From positions 11,413,660 to 11,477,659 of the forward strand of contig OZ316893.1 of assembly GCA_973895155.1 (NCBI GenBank): DNA of 64,000 nucleotides. Reading direction: 5' to 3'. A model generated the notes under the pieces. It was not told the DNA's origin. It searched no databases and was given only the letters and a program-made list of their open reading frames with translations. Source of the stretch: Marsupella aquatica. Lineage: Eukaryota; Plantae; Marchantiophyta. Shown piece by piece: positions 25,784 through 39,097 of this stretch; the stretch's first letter is position 1; every line of letters begins with the position of its first letter. A program made the position numbers and the translations under genes.

Positions 25784-28751
25784 ATGACCGCGTCGCGACC
25801 TGCATGGCAGGTAAGCAGGCGTGCGAACCCACTATTTCCTTTCCTATGGGCCTTTTTCGTGTCGGCATGAGGAGGATGATCTTCAAGAATGTGTGAATTG
25901 GGGACTGAAGCGTTCAAGAAGAATTTTTGGCCAAGAATGATACACAGTTCCAGAGAATGCGTGCCGTCCGCAAATTCAACAAGAAGTGAGGAGGGCCTGT
26001 ATCACGATCTGGTGCTGCAGAGCATCGTGCTGGAAGCAGAGCATGGCAGAAATTGCAAGGACATGCATGACGGCCTAGAATGTTTCTCGCCAAGAAGCTG
26101 TCGAAAGAAATCCCTTCCTCTTACCTTATAAATGTCTAGAGAACCTTAAGGGAGTGGAAAAGGTCTTGGCCTTGTGGTTTATCCCGTGTCTCGTCTCTTA
26201 ACACATTTGTGAATGAGAATCGGTTGGTTGTGGGTGGGGTTGGAATTGATCATGGCAGTCAAATTCGGAGTCCAAATCGTGCGAGAAGTGCAAGCGACCA
26301 TTTACGCTAGTCGTTCGACGCCATCACTGGTAAGCTAGCTACGTGTACTCCTCACATGCTTGCAATGATGTACAATTTGTGTGTGAATGAACCGTACATC
26401 TGAATTGGGCCAAATCAGGGGACCCCTGCGCATTCTACTGGATTGAAATGTTCCTGGAAGATGTCGAAGTAAAGTCAATTCCCCTCTCTTTCTATTATTC
26501 GAAATGGAGCCGGGATTGGCCAGGATCGGGTCAAAGACGTGGATCTCAATCACATACTGAATTGGCTACTCATAGGGAATGATCTGAGACAGTGGTGAGT
26601 TTGTTACATTCGGATACTTTCTTTGCAATTGTTGCAAGGGATGGTTCGTGGGGACGGTGAGGGAGTAGTTGGATTGGGGTCTTTGATACCTTGGCACGCT
26701 TCTAACGGTGTTCTTCCTGTGATGCAGCCGAGGATGTGGATTATTAGTCTGTGACAAGTGCAGCGAGCACAGAATAGTGCTACCAGCATGTTATGACTAT
26801 GGATCACACAAGCAACGAGTTTGTGACACCTGCTATGTCACAGCAGTCACCCTTGAGTACGAGCGGGGACTGGAACAAGGGAGTGTGGTCGTACCTGATT
26901 ATGACGCAATCCATGCAAAGTTGCTGGAACGAGTTAGATACTACTTGAAGCTCGAGACGGGATGGGGCCCAGAGCATGATTTCAATGGTGTAAAGGTTTC
27001 GACATGCGCAATTGAAGGAAGCTCTGTGCAGTGCATACGGAGTAAGGTGAGTTATTCTGTTCTACATGTTCCCTCGAGACAGATTGGTAGAGTGTATCCA
27101 TGATGAAACTTTCGGACTGCAAGATTGCGAAAGCCACTGTCGTTAACCCTCACTACAACAAGTACACAATAGTCAGTGCAACTGTTTGTGGTTTAGTGCT
27201 ACTATTCGAGGAAAATCTTTCATCTGGACGTATGCATGCCAAAAAACCGTGGCTGCCGTTATCTCCTCAGACATCAATCAAACGTAGTGTTGAGCAAGGA
27301 TTTTTGTGACTTGTAATTTTTCCTTGCAATGGTTGAGGCTGTTTCCTGCTTTGGTTGATCCAGTTGCCTGAAGAATAGGTGGAGACGGTTGGTTTCTTAT
27401 ATTTTGCTATAGATAGCGTTGATAATTTTTGGACTCTGCGTGATGGTATGGTGCAGATTTTGATCAAAGCACCGCTAAAGAAGGTCATGGAGGTTTACAG
27501 TAATATGGATGTCTGGAAACACTGGAATCCATATGTTAACTCTAGATTCATAGAAAAAGTTGACGAATCATCCAAGGTATGTGGGGTCCGTCTAAGAATG
27601 CATGATCTTCTCAGAGATATATCTCAATCCCATTTTTATTCAGTGAATAGAAGGTCCCTTTGGGACATTAGGAGTCGTTAGTGACGGTTGAAGATAGCTA
27701 TATCAGAATCTCAGATGGCTATAAGGGCACCTTCGCCATAATTTTTATTGTCTACACCGTTATCTCTACTTGACGTGAAATTGTGCAGGTCATGTCTGCT
27801 ATTTACGAATTTCCTGTCATAGACAGACGGGACAGTTGCTTCTATACGACAATCATGGATACCACCTATGTTGACCCCTCATCAACCTCGACTGGACTCA
27901 CTGTGGCTGGTATGGATCCTGTCACCTGGATGATGCAGTAAACTGTTTTTTAGATACTGTACTGCTAAGACATGTTGAGAAAAACTTATGCAATATTTTG
28001 ATTCCTCTTTAATTGGTAAAACGTGTCTGGCAGTAGAGCCTCATTTCTGCAGCATTTACTAAGGCTGAACTTCGTCCGGAATACTCCATGACTGAGGTTA
28101 TCTTACTGTTGTTTATTGTGGGTAACCTGGGCTACTTCTGAATGCAGCAATGTCAGTGGAACATCCACTCTGCCCTGTGGTAAGTTTCTACCTTGATTTT
28201 CATATTATCTTTACATCATTTTCAGCTCTTCATATCTAGTATGGATAGGAGTGGTTGTGCACGTGCCGCATCAAAACATCATATGGCATGTTAATTGCTC
28301 TTTCTCGGAGGATAAGTTGAGTTATGGATGACTTGGTCCGAAGAGATCTGAAAGAGTCAGTTACGCACTCTGGGTTTATCAGAAATAGTTTTCTAATCAA
28401 AGAAAATCTACTCTTTCAGATCACTCCATATGTTTCATTGTAGATTACCGTACTACGCAAATCGAGATTTGTGTGGTCGGTTTGGTAGGCTTGTTACTAG
28501 ACTCTGCAGCTTTTGACCAAAAACATTATTGGTTTGGATTTCAGGAAAAAGGAGTAGTGAGGTCAAATATGTTGATGAGCATGAGCCAATTGGAGCCTGT
28601 TGAGGGTGGAATACATACTCATTTTACTTCATATGTACACACTGATCCGAAAGGCCTCTTGCCTCCATTCGTTGTAAATGCATTCTTGACTCGTGGAGCT
28701 GATCACTTACGAGGAATGACAAATTACATTGAGACAAAGTTACAGTCATGA
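25784..28751 (+). CDS. FYVE zinc finger plus START-like lipid-binding domain protein, 298 aa; exons 25784-25810, 26259-26329, 26728-27046, 27457-27576, 27789-27909, 28148-28179, 28545-28751
   Basis: The spliced N-terminus is MTASRPAWQ|SNSESKSCEKCKRPFTLVVRRHHC|RGCGLLVCDKCSEHRIVLP...KQRVCDTCY (FYVE: RRHHCR, RVC, eight Cys). The C-terminus has START features: GW...NGVKV, WKHWNP, DRRDSC, SVEHPLCP..KGVVR, DPKGLLPPFVVN. Exons total 897 nt, all GT-AG, in frame. Confidence 0.88.
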
Positions 28752-30410
28752 TATTAGAATCTAGGACGTAGTGGTTCTCTCTTGGAACCTTGGATAGGCT
28801 ATTTTATCAGCCGCACATTGAAGTTGTAGAATTGTCTGGTCGAACAGGCTAAATTCGTGAGGCGCCTGTTTATTTTTATGGACGATGAGAGGTGCTCTGC
28901 AATACACTTAGCAGCTTGAGCCTGCCCCTGGAACTCTTTTCCTTCCTATGCAGAGCCACATCTGCCTCCAAAGAGCCATCCCCTCATTAGCTTAGTGCTG
29001 AATTCTGTCCATAGGACACTGAGTGGAATTCGGAGTGTAGTAATGTTGGATCCTTTCCGGCCACTTCGTTAGATGCGTCCTCTTGAATTTAGTTCGGTAG
29101 TACGTTAAGCACGATTAATAATTCCACACATGGCATATGCCAATTTTGATAATTTGGACGAATGTCCAAGAAACGAAACTCATTCTTCACAGCCTTTGAG
29201 GATATATTGTCTCTTGAAAATATCTTGGTTTTTACCTACTAGATTCCGAGTTTCTTGAAACCTCTGCTATACTTGTCTTGATCACTTCTGGCTTGTGACT
29301 TTCCTAAAGTTTCCATGTGGGATTAAGAACATTTGCCTTACGCCCGTCAAGTTTCGAGGTCCCTTCTGGCCAGTTGACTGTACACAGTGAATTACAGTTC
29401 TAAGAAATTTGGTTTGTTCCTATAACTGAGTTGACGATATTTGCGGCGGAATAAGTCGAGCTGAGTGCCAGGACTCGAACACAGCAGCTTCTTCATTCCA
29501 CAGCTGAGTGCATGACGAGTGATTGGTGAGCCAGGCGAAAGACCAGGACATCAAATTCTTTTGAAGAACAACGTAGCCAACGTGAACCACTTCGGCATGA
29601 GGCTGTGGGAAAACGTTTGTACTTAATCACTAATCAAACCTCAAAACAAATCGAGAGGATTAGCCTGCCCTTCCACGTTTTCCTGTTCTTACAACGTGGC
29701 TCTTCGAGGATACAGTGCCTACAAAGTGGGACGACGTATGGGGCCGGTGGTTTCTGCATGAATTTCTATGACAGGACACTATCGGCTCGATGAAAAATAA
29801 CGGAGATTGACTTGTCAAAAGTTGCAGCTCTACAGGCTGTCGCAAATCTTCTAAAGAGTCCATGTTTTGTTCCTAAATGAATCACATGAACACATCCGAT
29901 CTATTTAGATACTGTTTATTCCTTCCCCTTGCATCTTTGAGAGGAAACCATTTCAAACTACCTGAGCAGTCTGAAAAAGTAGCTACCATTTCGCAATCGC
30001 CACGGATACAAATTTGCTACCAATTATTGCGGAACTCTATTAATCTCCTTCATAGTTTGCCACATGTTTGGATCTCTCCTTCGCCTGCTTGTAGTGCTCG
30101 ACTCACCGTCGTATCCCTCGTTGGGTGAGCAGCAAGATTTGGAGTATACTAAATTCACGATTTCCAAACCGGGCTTGCTTCTACTGGTCTCGAGGTCATC
30201 GCTCAGTAACAGCGATATAATCGTGCATATTTGTACAGAGTTCTGACACCGTCAAATGACTGAAGCCGCTGAAAACTTCCGAGAAATTGACTCAGTTACC
30301 GAACCCACCATGATCAGAACTCGAACTTGCAGTTTACCAGTGCCTCTGCCATTTTTGCTTTCAAGAAGACAGCTGTTAAATTGAGCTCTGCATCATCGTC
30401 ACCATGATCA

Positions 30411-30922
30411 TCAATCGTGTCCTTGAATGCCCAGCATGGTGTTGAGCTCCTTCAGCCTTTGCCGGCCTTCACTGAGCAAGAACCGAATAGTCTGCGGATC
30501 CTCAACATCTCGATTACGCTCCACTTCTGCTCGAATCGTCTGTTCCAGCTCTTCTGCATCAGTTGGAAGTTTATTTGCAACGGCAACCGTAAGTCCTGAA
30601 CGAATACATGTCTCCTCCCTTCTCAAACTTGGCAATTTCGTTCTACGCCGAAGACACACGGTGTCTTTGTCAAGAAGTACCCAACTCAGCGGCAGAGAAG
30701 AGAGACAAGAGGCGGCCCAGTTTCGTCTAATGTGAAATTCACTTTGGAAGACTACATAGCATGAAGCTTTGGGTTTCAGGGGTAGGGTACACACGCACCT
30801 CGAGCAGACGGAGGGGCACGACGAGCAGAGCGGAATGCAGAGCGCACCAAACGTAGCGCTTGAACACGGAGGAGGAATGCTCGCAGATCCAGAGCCGGTG
30901 CACGAGGTGACCGAGCCGCCAT
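30411..30922 (-). CDS. Mitochondrial LYR-motif (LYRM2-like) protein, 88 aa; exons 30922-30799 and 30553-30411
   Basis: MAARSPRAPALDLRAFLLRVQALRLVRSAFRSARRAPPSARE|ELEQTIRAEVERNRDVEDPQTIRFLLSEGRQRLKELNTML follows the Complex1_LYR pattern, with LVR in place of LYR. Confidence 0.8.
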
Positions 30923-33069
30923 TGACAACTAACTCTGTCTCTCGCTACTTTCTCTTTCCCAGCTCTCTGGATCAACCGGAAGGAACGAAGAAGAAATCGC
31001 AAATCTCCCGTCGTCTCAGTCTTCTGAAATTTTCGGCATAATCATTCTAATCGAGCTTATCGTTCGTGGGACGCGCTAATAAGTGTTCTGTGGGACCTGC
31101 TGCTCATTGTGCCCTGCCTGGCACCGGAGCCCCCCACTCACAGATATAATGAGAGGCGTTTGGAAACTAAAGAAGATCCATCTATCGCAGACATCATCAT
31201 CTGAGTACATTAGCCAACGAGGGGTAGGCAAAGATCCAAGAGGGGACCATTCCCAGGAGGGAGAAGAGAGTCCGAAGGCGCCCAACCATGGATCGAGGAG
31301 ATAACCAACACGCCCGTTCCACAACCCTCCTGTGCATAGAGAGAGAATTGATCTTGGGACCGAGCTCATCCCCTGGCCACTGACAGAAGTCGTTTCGACA
31401 TTCTTACCGCTTCTTTAATCAAAGCCTATGTCTGGTCACCCTGCGAAATACCGACCTCCTGTGCGGTTCAAGCCAATTAGCATGTTTCAAATTGGCCCGA
31501 GGCTTATCCTCTTACGCGGTCAGAATAACTTTTTAAAGACCATGAAACGTTTGGTCATAATCTTGTAGCTGAACATCAATTGCCGAAAGTGATCACGGAC
31601 CTCTCTCCTTGTAACTCTTTGATTGAATGTTTGGGTTTGTTTCTTTGGGTTTGTTTTCTCTTTGTTGGAGGTGCTCAGGTGTGTTTCTCATTATATTAAG
31701 GCATTTTCCCCGGTATATGAAGTTGGGCTTCCACGAGCTCGTTCAAACGAAATGCCACGTTGTTGTTGATTTGCCGATGAGTAAATCACGCTCAGCTTAT
31801 GTACGATTCCTGTTACATCACCATTCCACAAACCCATAAACTCGTGGTGAGAGTCAGCATTATTTCACGGCTTCTTTGAACTCAATGAAATACATGAAAG
31901 TAAGCCAAGTTCTCTTCTGACTTCGAAAGCAGTGATAATGAGCTTCGCCATGACTTTGGATGGTCCACAAGGATCCAGACAGACCACAATTCAAGCAGGT
32001 CACTGAAAGTACAGAGCTTCAGAAGTACGTGAAAGTACGTGAGATCAGTACTGAAAGCATAAGCAGTATGTTCCCTAAAGGCAGCCAACTTCGCTCGACA
32101 AAAACCCTGCCAGGTTGATTCCAGACTCGATGTTACATGTTCGAAAAACTTCATGCTGTACACAGTCACGATTATGTGCTCAGATCAATTCAGATACAAA
32201 GACGTGAATTAATTTCGAAGGTATAGAATTTGTAAAGCTGTGATTGACAGGAATGGAGAGGGCACTTTACTAACTTGCTTCCCACCCACTGACAATATTC
32301 GTACTTTTACTGTTACAAAGCTCAATCTCCTCTCCCCAACAAGGATGGAGACAAGTAATCAAATCAATGCATATAAGACCACTCTAGCAACCTACATGCA
32401 GTAGACGGTCTCCAACCTAACCAGACCCTGCAGTTGGTAATGTAGGCAGAATGAGTGGCCATACCAACTCAAGCCCCATCTTTGGACCCACAATATAACA
32501 CGGGTGGGATGTAATTCCCATTGCTAATAGCCTTCGTGTTGCTGATTGGGGCAGAGACCCGACCACAGCGTAAATGTTTTGGCCGGAAGGACATAATATG
32601 CACCTTCCAAACTAAATGGAAAGAGGACTCGTATACATTTTACAAAGGACAGCGCGAGGCCCAGAGCATCGTCCAGCCAAGTTCCTCCGTCTTCAATGAG
32701 CACCGCCATTTAGTTACAACATCCATATCATTGCAACGCCAATCTCCAACCCATATGATTACGGATTTCGAATCAAAACGAGTTGGACATTACTCGCTGA
32801 ATTGTTCCAGAAGGCCAGTAGCCATGGCCCCTAAAATCGTGAGCTTTTCCTGGATCACAAATGAGTGTCCTTCCAGACATCAAAAGCGCAGTCATCAGGC
32901 TTGCCAGACAATATTTCTCCATGGTGATGGGTCAGCAGTCTTGAATCCCCAAATGCGTCGACGATGACCATTCCGGGAACCAGAGATTCTGGTTCACCCA
33001 ATGGCTCCAATCGGTCATCTGGACCAAATTTCGAGAGGAACGTACAGATTCGGCCTGATTGCGTACCGA

Positions 33070-36000
33070 CTAGTATCCGGGGGGGCGCTGGCCCCTTCCG
33101 GCCCCCCCAATCCTTGTGAAAACCCCGGAGAAGTTGGGAATTTTGTTCAAATGCTTAAGACATTTCTCTGCCAGGGGCTTCGTTGCTGCGTTCCCATTCC
33201 TCAGAGCATCGACCAGACCCGTGTGGACATTTTGATCTGCAGAAATCAATTGTGCCAATTCCGCGTTGCGAAGTATCTTTTCCACCATGAACACTGATTT
33301 TTGTCTCAGTGTAGGAGTTTTATGCTCCTGCATGATGTCGAGAATGGGCTGGATGGCATTGTTTATATGGAGAACCAAGACGCCTTTAGCATGGTGTACA
33401 TTATCCAACAGAACAGTGAAAAGAGCTCCGAGAGCAGCTTCTACCACTTCATAGTTGTAATGGTCTAGCAATGACACCAGGGGCTCCAATGCCCTCGCTT
33501 CTACTAAACAAAAGGTCTCTTTGGAAGAGCACACGCCTCCATGTACAGGGCAAAGCCCAGCTGGTCGAGGTGGAGGCTTAAAACAAGAGAAAAGTTCACG
33601 GAACCTTCCAGCGTCGCCAGCTAGCGGAACTTCTACTGAACACAGTGGTGTGAACGTGGACAAGTTGTCCAGAGCTAAAGCTGATTGACGCTGAACCTCA
33701 TCCAATCTCGTATTTCGCAACAAGGATGTGAAGAAGGTTGTCAAATCATGAAATTTGATCTCGGCAACAACGTCCCTGTCTTCTAACGCGAAGGTGAAAC
33801 GAGCTAAAATGGTCACCAGTCCCTCCTGCAATTGGTTCATGAATCGAGCTTCACCAATCCTCACGTTTCTTTTTTTCACTTCATTAATTCGAGTGACCAA
33901 TATGGGCAGGGCTCGCTCCTCATAAAGACTCCGAGTAAGGTACATATCATCCACCGGTAAATTGGCAATGAGACCGGCAGCAGCAGCTTGTTCTTTTATC
34001 CCTCCATCGGTATCCAACAGTTTGATCAAAGTTCCTAGCTGCCGTGTGGTAATTCTCAATCCATCGGCTAGCTCCTGCCCCATGGGACCAGACAAAATAT
34101 GCAGAAGCCGGATTGCAGGGACCCTGAGCTGATCCTGGGGTGCCTCCAAAAAGTGGATGAGACTGGTGACGGCCCCAGAACTTCTGATGTGGGCTACAAG
34201 ATGGGCCACAGCGTGTTGTGAAGTCGCAAGTCCTACCAAAACCAGCAGGAGCTTGGCCTGTATTATGGGACCTGTATTACTGATCAAGTACAGTAGGTTG
34301 TGCACAGTTTTCTCTGAGACGAGCGTGTTGCCGTCAGCATCAATGGGAACATTCTGCCACTCGCTACTTGTCTCCACCACATTTGCTAAAACTGAGGCGC
34401 ACACTTCTTTCATTTTCACAGACGCTGGTCCCTCCACGAAGAGGTCCTTTACGAGAGGAAGCAAAATGCCTGCTTCTATAAGGAGTTTTCCATTGCTCTC
34501 CAGTGCAGAAAGGTTCTTGAGGGCCCTCAGAGCAACTTCCCGTGTGGGCATCTCTGGATCGTCGAGCATTGACACCAACTTACTGGCTCCTTGTTCTGCT
34601 ACTACGACCTTTCCTTCAGTTGTTAAGGGAATGGTCGCCAGATCATTTGCCATCTCCAGTCGAATCCCATCTGAACCTGAAACCATACCAACAGCAACAT
34701 GTAAATATTAGACGCATAGCCTCGTAACTGACGACCAGACACATAGCCTCGTAACAGACCAGACACTTGGCCTCGTAAGAGACCACGAAGCAAACCTCTA
34801 GGAGCGTCACGCTAGTTAGCTACATCTTCACCATGGATTGTTTCTGACGGAAAAATCTAGATTCAATACGAGTAAGGTGGAACTTGTCCACGTAATTATA
34901 TCAATTATGCATATCAGGCATGGGAAAGTGTCAGCAATGTAACCACTGGGACTACTGCAGTTTATGTGACATCAACCATATTCCTCGTAATGAAACATCT
35001 CCACATGAGACACGTCATTAAGGTAACTCTTACTACTACACAAAACGAATCTGTAGGGACCGTTCTATTACTTCACCTATGCTTTGGGCAGGACAACAGC
35101 TTCAGAACCGAACGAACTCAATTTGGGAAGATCGTCCGGATGAAGTTCACACCATAGACAATCCAGTAAGCCATAAAGTCGAAAACTTTACAAGCTGCTG
35201 GCGATTATTCAGTGTGTACTGGGGGGCACTGAACTCACCGTCTATGAGGCGTCGAAGGAGAGGTTGCAATCGACCATTTTCAGCCAACTGCCGGACATTC
35301 CTATTATTTCGCTCAAGATTTGCTAGTGTTGCTTCAGCTTTTTCGACTGCAATGACATTGTCTGACTTGCTGCTTGTTACTCCCACCAAGTACAGTATCA
35401 TGCCATTGGTTGATCCCATTTCTTCACATATATCTTGGGAATTTGAAAGTTCGTAAAGTAACGACGCAGCTTCCTGTCGTTCGTCGGATGCAGACCTTGC
35501 CAAACATTTCAAAACACTGCGCAGGGCACCTGCTGCTACGATCGCCTCCTGTACGATACACATCCAAGGGTCTAATCTGTTAAAAACCTAGACAACAACC
35601 TTACAAACTAGACATTCGACAAGAATTGAATCTGACCATGAAAGCGCCCAAGTGAAGGCTCCGACCTTCGTAAAATAATAAATTAAGAGAACTTGGTCTT
35701 TGATGCAAGGGGAGCTGTCTTCTTACCCTGCTGTCATTATCATCTTCTGCCAGTGCTCTTAAGAGGCCGAGTGATCGCAATCGGACTTGCGACATGTTTT
35801 TCAAAAGCCCCACGATGAGTGGAATCAGTCCAGCAGTCCTAATCCTGTATTTGTTCAACCTTTTCCTCATGACTAACGCTTGTAGATCCTTGAGGGCATA
35901 GGAGAGATCTTGCTCGGGACAATTCTCGTTGGCCATGAGGTAATAGGCATTATCAATCCGAGCTATCTCATTTCGATTTGTCCACTCATCGATTGTATTC

Positions 36001-37034
36001 CTAAGAGCGATGCTGGGCTTCAAATTGGTGGTCTGTAGCACTTGCCCAGTCATGGGGCAAGTGTTGGGCCTCTTGTCATCCTCACACTGCTTGAACCAGC
36101 GCTCTATGGCACTCCTCTCATACGTTTGACCGTTCTCGAGTGACACCGGATCCACCATCACCTGCTTCGTCAGAGGGCACACGAATGCTTCATACAGAGG
36201 CTCGATCCGAGCGTGTAGACGTTGCTGAGTTTCGGATGATGGACTTGGATGGTCATAAACTTGTACCCAGCTTTCAAAAATATTCCCTATGATGTCAACC
36301 ATGTGAAGATCGTATGAACCCCTTCGATTGTGGTCCCCTGTGTCGTTGTAGCCCCCTCTGTTCCGTGTGTTGTCACTGGTAGGGTCCCCCATGTCTATGC
36401 TAGAGTCCTGCATGTCGTTGCGGAGGAGCTCCATCTGGTCCTTGAGAGCGTTGGGGTTGCGAGGCAAGTCTTTCAGGCCCACGGTGCGGGCAATGTCCAT
36501 AACAATTCCAGTCTGCACTGCAATATCAGTGGGGACGGAATCCGTCTCCTCAAGCGAGCGGTAAATTCTCTCCTCGGTCTCCTGCACCTGGTATTCGGCC
36601 TTCTGCATTTCTTGCGAGAGAGAATCAATCAACTGCTTTGTTTCTGGAAGGTCCTGAACTGCTGAGAGCGGAACTAGGCCTATGGACCGTCCAATGCTAT
36701 GAGTCACGCTCTCAAGCTGTTTCACAACTGATCTACAATGGGTTAGCAAGTAAATGCGACTCTTCCTGGTGCAAATCTTGACCAGCTGGTTGGCATTTTC
36801 CACGTCGTTGGTCAACGAGTCTATGATCTGCAAGAAATTGGGTGAGCTCTCCCGGGCTTTGTTGACCTCAACCACAATGGGCACTAAACGCTTCAGATAC
36901 TCGCCCAGCTGCAGAAAGTTCTCTCTCTCCCAGTGCACTCCGTTGACAGAATTTTCCACGACGGTCAGTTTATCAAGCAGATTATGCCCAAGAGTCACCA
37001 CTCCAGGTAAATCTACGGACTGTACATCAACCAT
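33070..37034 (-). CDS. Plant U-box/ARM-repeat E3 ubiquitin ligase with N-terminal UND region (SAUL1/PUB43/PUB44 class, NOP1-like), 1074 aa; exons 37034-35727, 35548-35239, 34676-33070
   Basis: U-box IEPLYEAFVCPLTKQVMVDPVSLENGQTYERSAIERWF...CPMT...LKPSIALRNTIDEW; ARM repeats; SAUL1-type CPVHGGVCSSKETFCLVEA and AEKCLKHLNKIPNFSGVF C-terminus; in-frame GT-AG junctions. Confidence 0.93.
34708..34785. repeat. Three tandem copies of about 27 bp in U-box gene intron 2
   Basis: agac(a/g)catagcctcgtaac...gacc repeated. Confidence 0.75.
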
Positions 37035-39097
37035 TTTCGAAGAAACTTGAAGAAGAATTTTCCTACATTGTCAGATAGACGTTCAGGGTCAGTGGCAGGC
37101 ATTCATTCAAAGCACCATCTCACATTCATCAAAGAGGTGGAACAGAGTACCATCTACTTGCGGACGTGGACCAGGACCAGGACCAGGACCAGACCAGGGG
37201 AAGACCGTAACAGATGACGCGATGTAATCCGTCTACTCAAAGTCGTTAATCAGCGAGTAAGCTCTCAACTTTTTGAACTCGAACATGTCAACACTAATCA
37301 CAGTAATTTCTGGAGTGCAAGAACAGATAGACTCCTGTAGATAGTATACCAAAATTGTTCAAGTTCAATCAATCCACTCTTCGACGTAGAAGTGGACCAA
37401 CAGACGAGAGAACCTTTTCTCCACAGAAAGCTAATGATAATCTCTTCCCGAAGAAGTTCTACCCATTAAACCTTGGACAGCATTACTTACAATTAACCCG
37501 GTCACTTTCCTCCTCCTGAAGACTCCAGCTCTCTGCTATAGGCTCTATGATCTTACTGTCCCTCGTTCTGTCTCTCTCGAACTGTGTATGCGGGTCAACG
37601 GACGTGCGATTACTTCAAGCGGGTGGAGGAATAATTCGTGAAAGCTTACCAGTTAGCGCTAGAGTACGGAGGCACTGCCCAGAGTTGGAATCTTCTTCCG
37701 GTAAAGGCGCATTATATCTTCCCTGCCTGCTTCACTCCGTCCCTTTCCTTTCCTTTCGTCCCCTCTGCACTAATTCCAAGACTTGCTTGATTTCCTTTGG
37801 ATTGATTTTATCTGATTGCAGCCGGCGAGAGCAGCGGACTCCACGATAAACGAACCGAAAGAATGAAGAAATCTGATCAGCCTTCTCAAAATTGCCCAGA
37901 TGTTGCCAGTCCACCGCGTATAGCAACTCTACTGCTGCTGCTTCTCCTAGTGCCCATTCTCGGACGAAACAAGTGCAAATCCTCTGCGCCAGCGATATCC
38001 TTTCTCAAACTCCCATCGACTCTTGCAACCTGCTCTCCTCCTCCTCCTCTGCGCGCCTCGGCTCTCATCTGCTCTCTGCCCTCTGCCCTCCTTCCTGCGC
38101 AGCTCATGCCACCGTCTAGTCGCCAACCCAAGCACCGTGCATGCGAAGACAGAGACGAACACTACACCTCCCAGAATCGTCTAGAACGGATGACCATACC
38201 CGTCTCTCATCCACACTTCCTCCTCCTACACCGATTCATGAAACGAGGTCGTTGGGCGACCGGGCAAGAGAGAGGAAAGGGCTGGGCTGAGCTCGGCTAG
38301 GCTAGCCAAGGCAAGGCAAGGCAAGGCAAGGCTGACAAACACACAGGGGTGATCGTCTGAAACAGATTCTGAATGACACGATAGGCCAGGGGCCCAGGGC
38401 TGAACCGAGAGTACCTGCGGAGTAACAGGAGAGAACAGGTCAAAGCTGAGAAGGTTGTGGGTAGACTTTTGTGGACAGCCTCTCCTCTTGTCGGTAGCTC
38501 CGCACGAACGTCACCAGAAGCTGACTGAACACCACCATCCCGACAAACCTCTGATTATTAGTGCCGATCAACCTCATCAGACCCAAAGTTGTCGATGGCA
38601 GAGATGAGAGCTCTACTACAGTAGAGATAGTTAGAAATACTGAGAGATTGAGAGATTGAGAGGAGGCGAGCTAAATCAAGGGAGGATGGAGAGACCCACG
38701 AAGTTTTCCACCATTATTGTATTCTCTACTGCCGATTGTACCCATCGCAGATTCCCCCCGTCCCAGTTCCCAACAATGAAAATGAAATGAGGAGCAGGGA
38801 ACCGAACAGCAGAATGAGGGACAATCTTTTCCTATCATCTTCGATACATCGAACTATCGAAGCTCTGAATCAGAGATTTCGCCGCCTGAGATGGGTCGGG
38901 ACTGTTATGTTCCCTCTGTTTTCTGTCTCCTCACCGATTTGCCAGCCAGCTTGACGGCCAGCCAGCTAGGCCACCACGATCCGAGGAGGAGATACGAAAA
39001 TGGCAGCTGGGTCCTGAGCCCTGAGTGACGGTCTGTTTTGATGAAGAAGTCAACTGCTCGCTGCGTCAGATTATTGGCACCGTTTTCTCTGTGGCGA

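Noticed and set aside
34157-37050. Plus-strand ORFs overlapping the U-box gene, and similar shadow ORFs over both retroelements
   Set aside because: Antisense or alternative-frame artefacts of real coding sequence.
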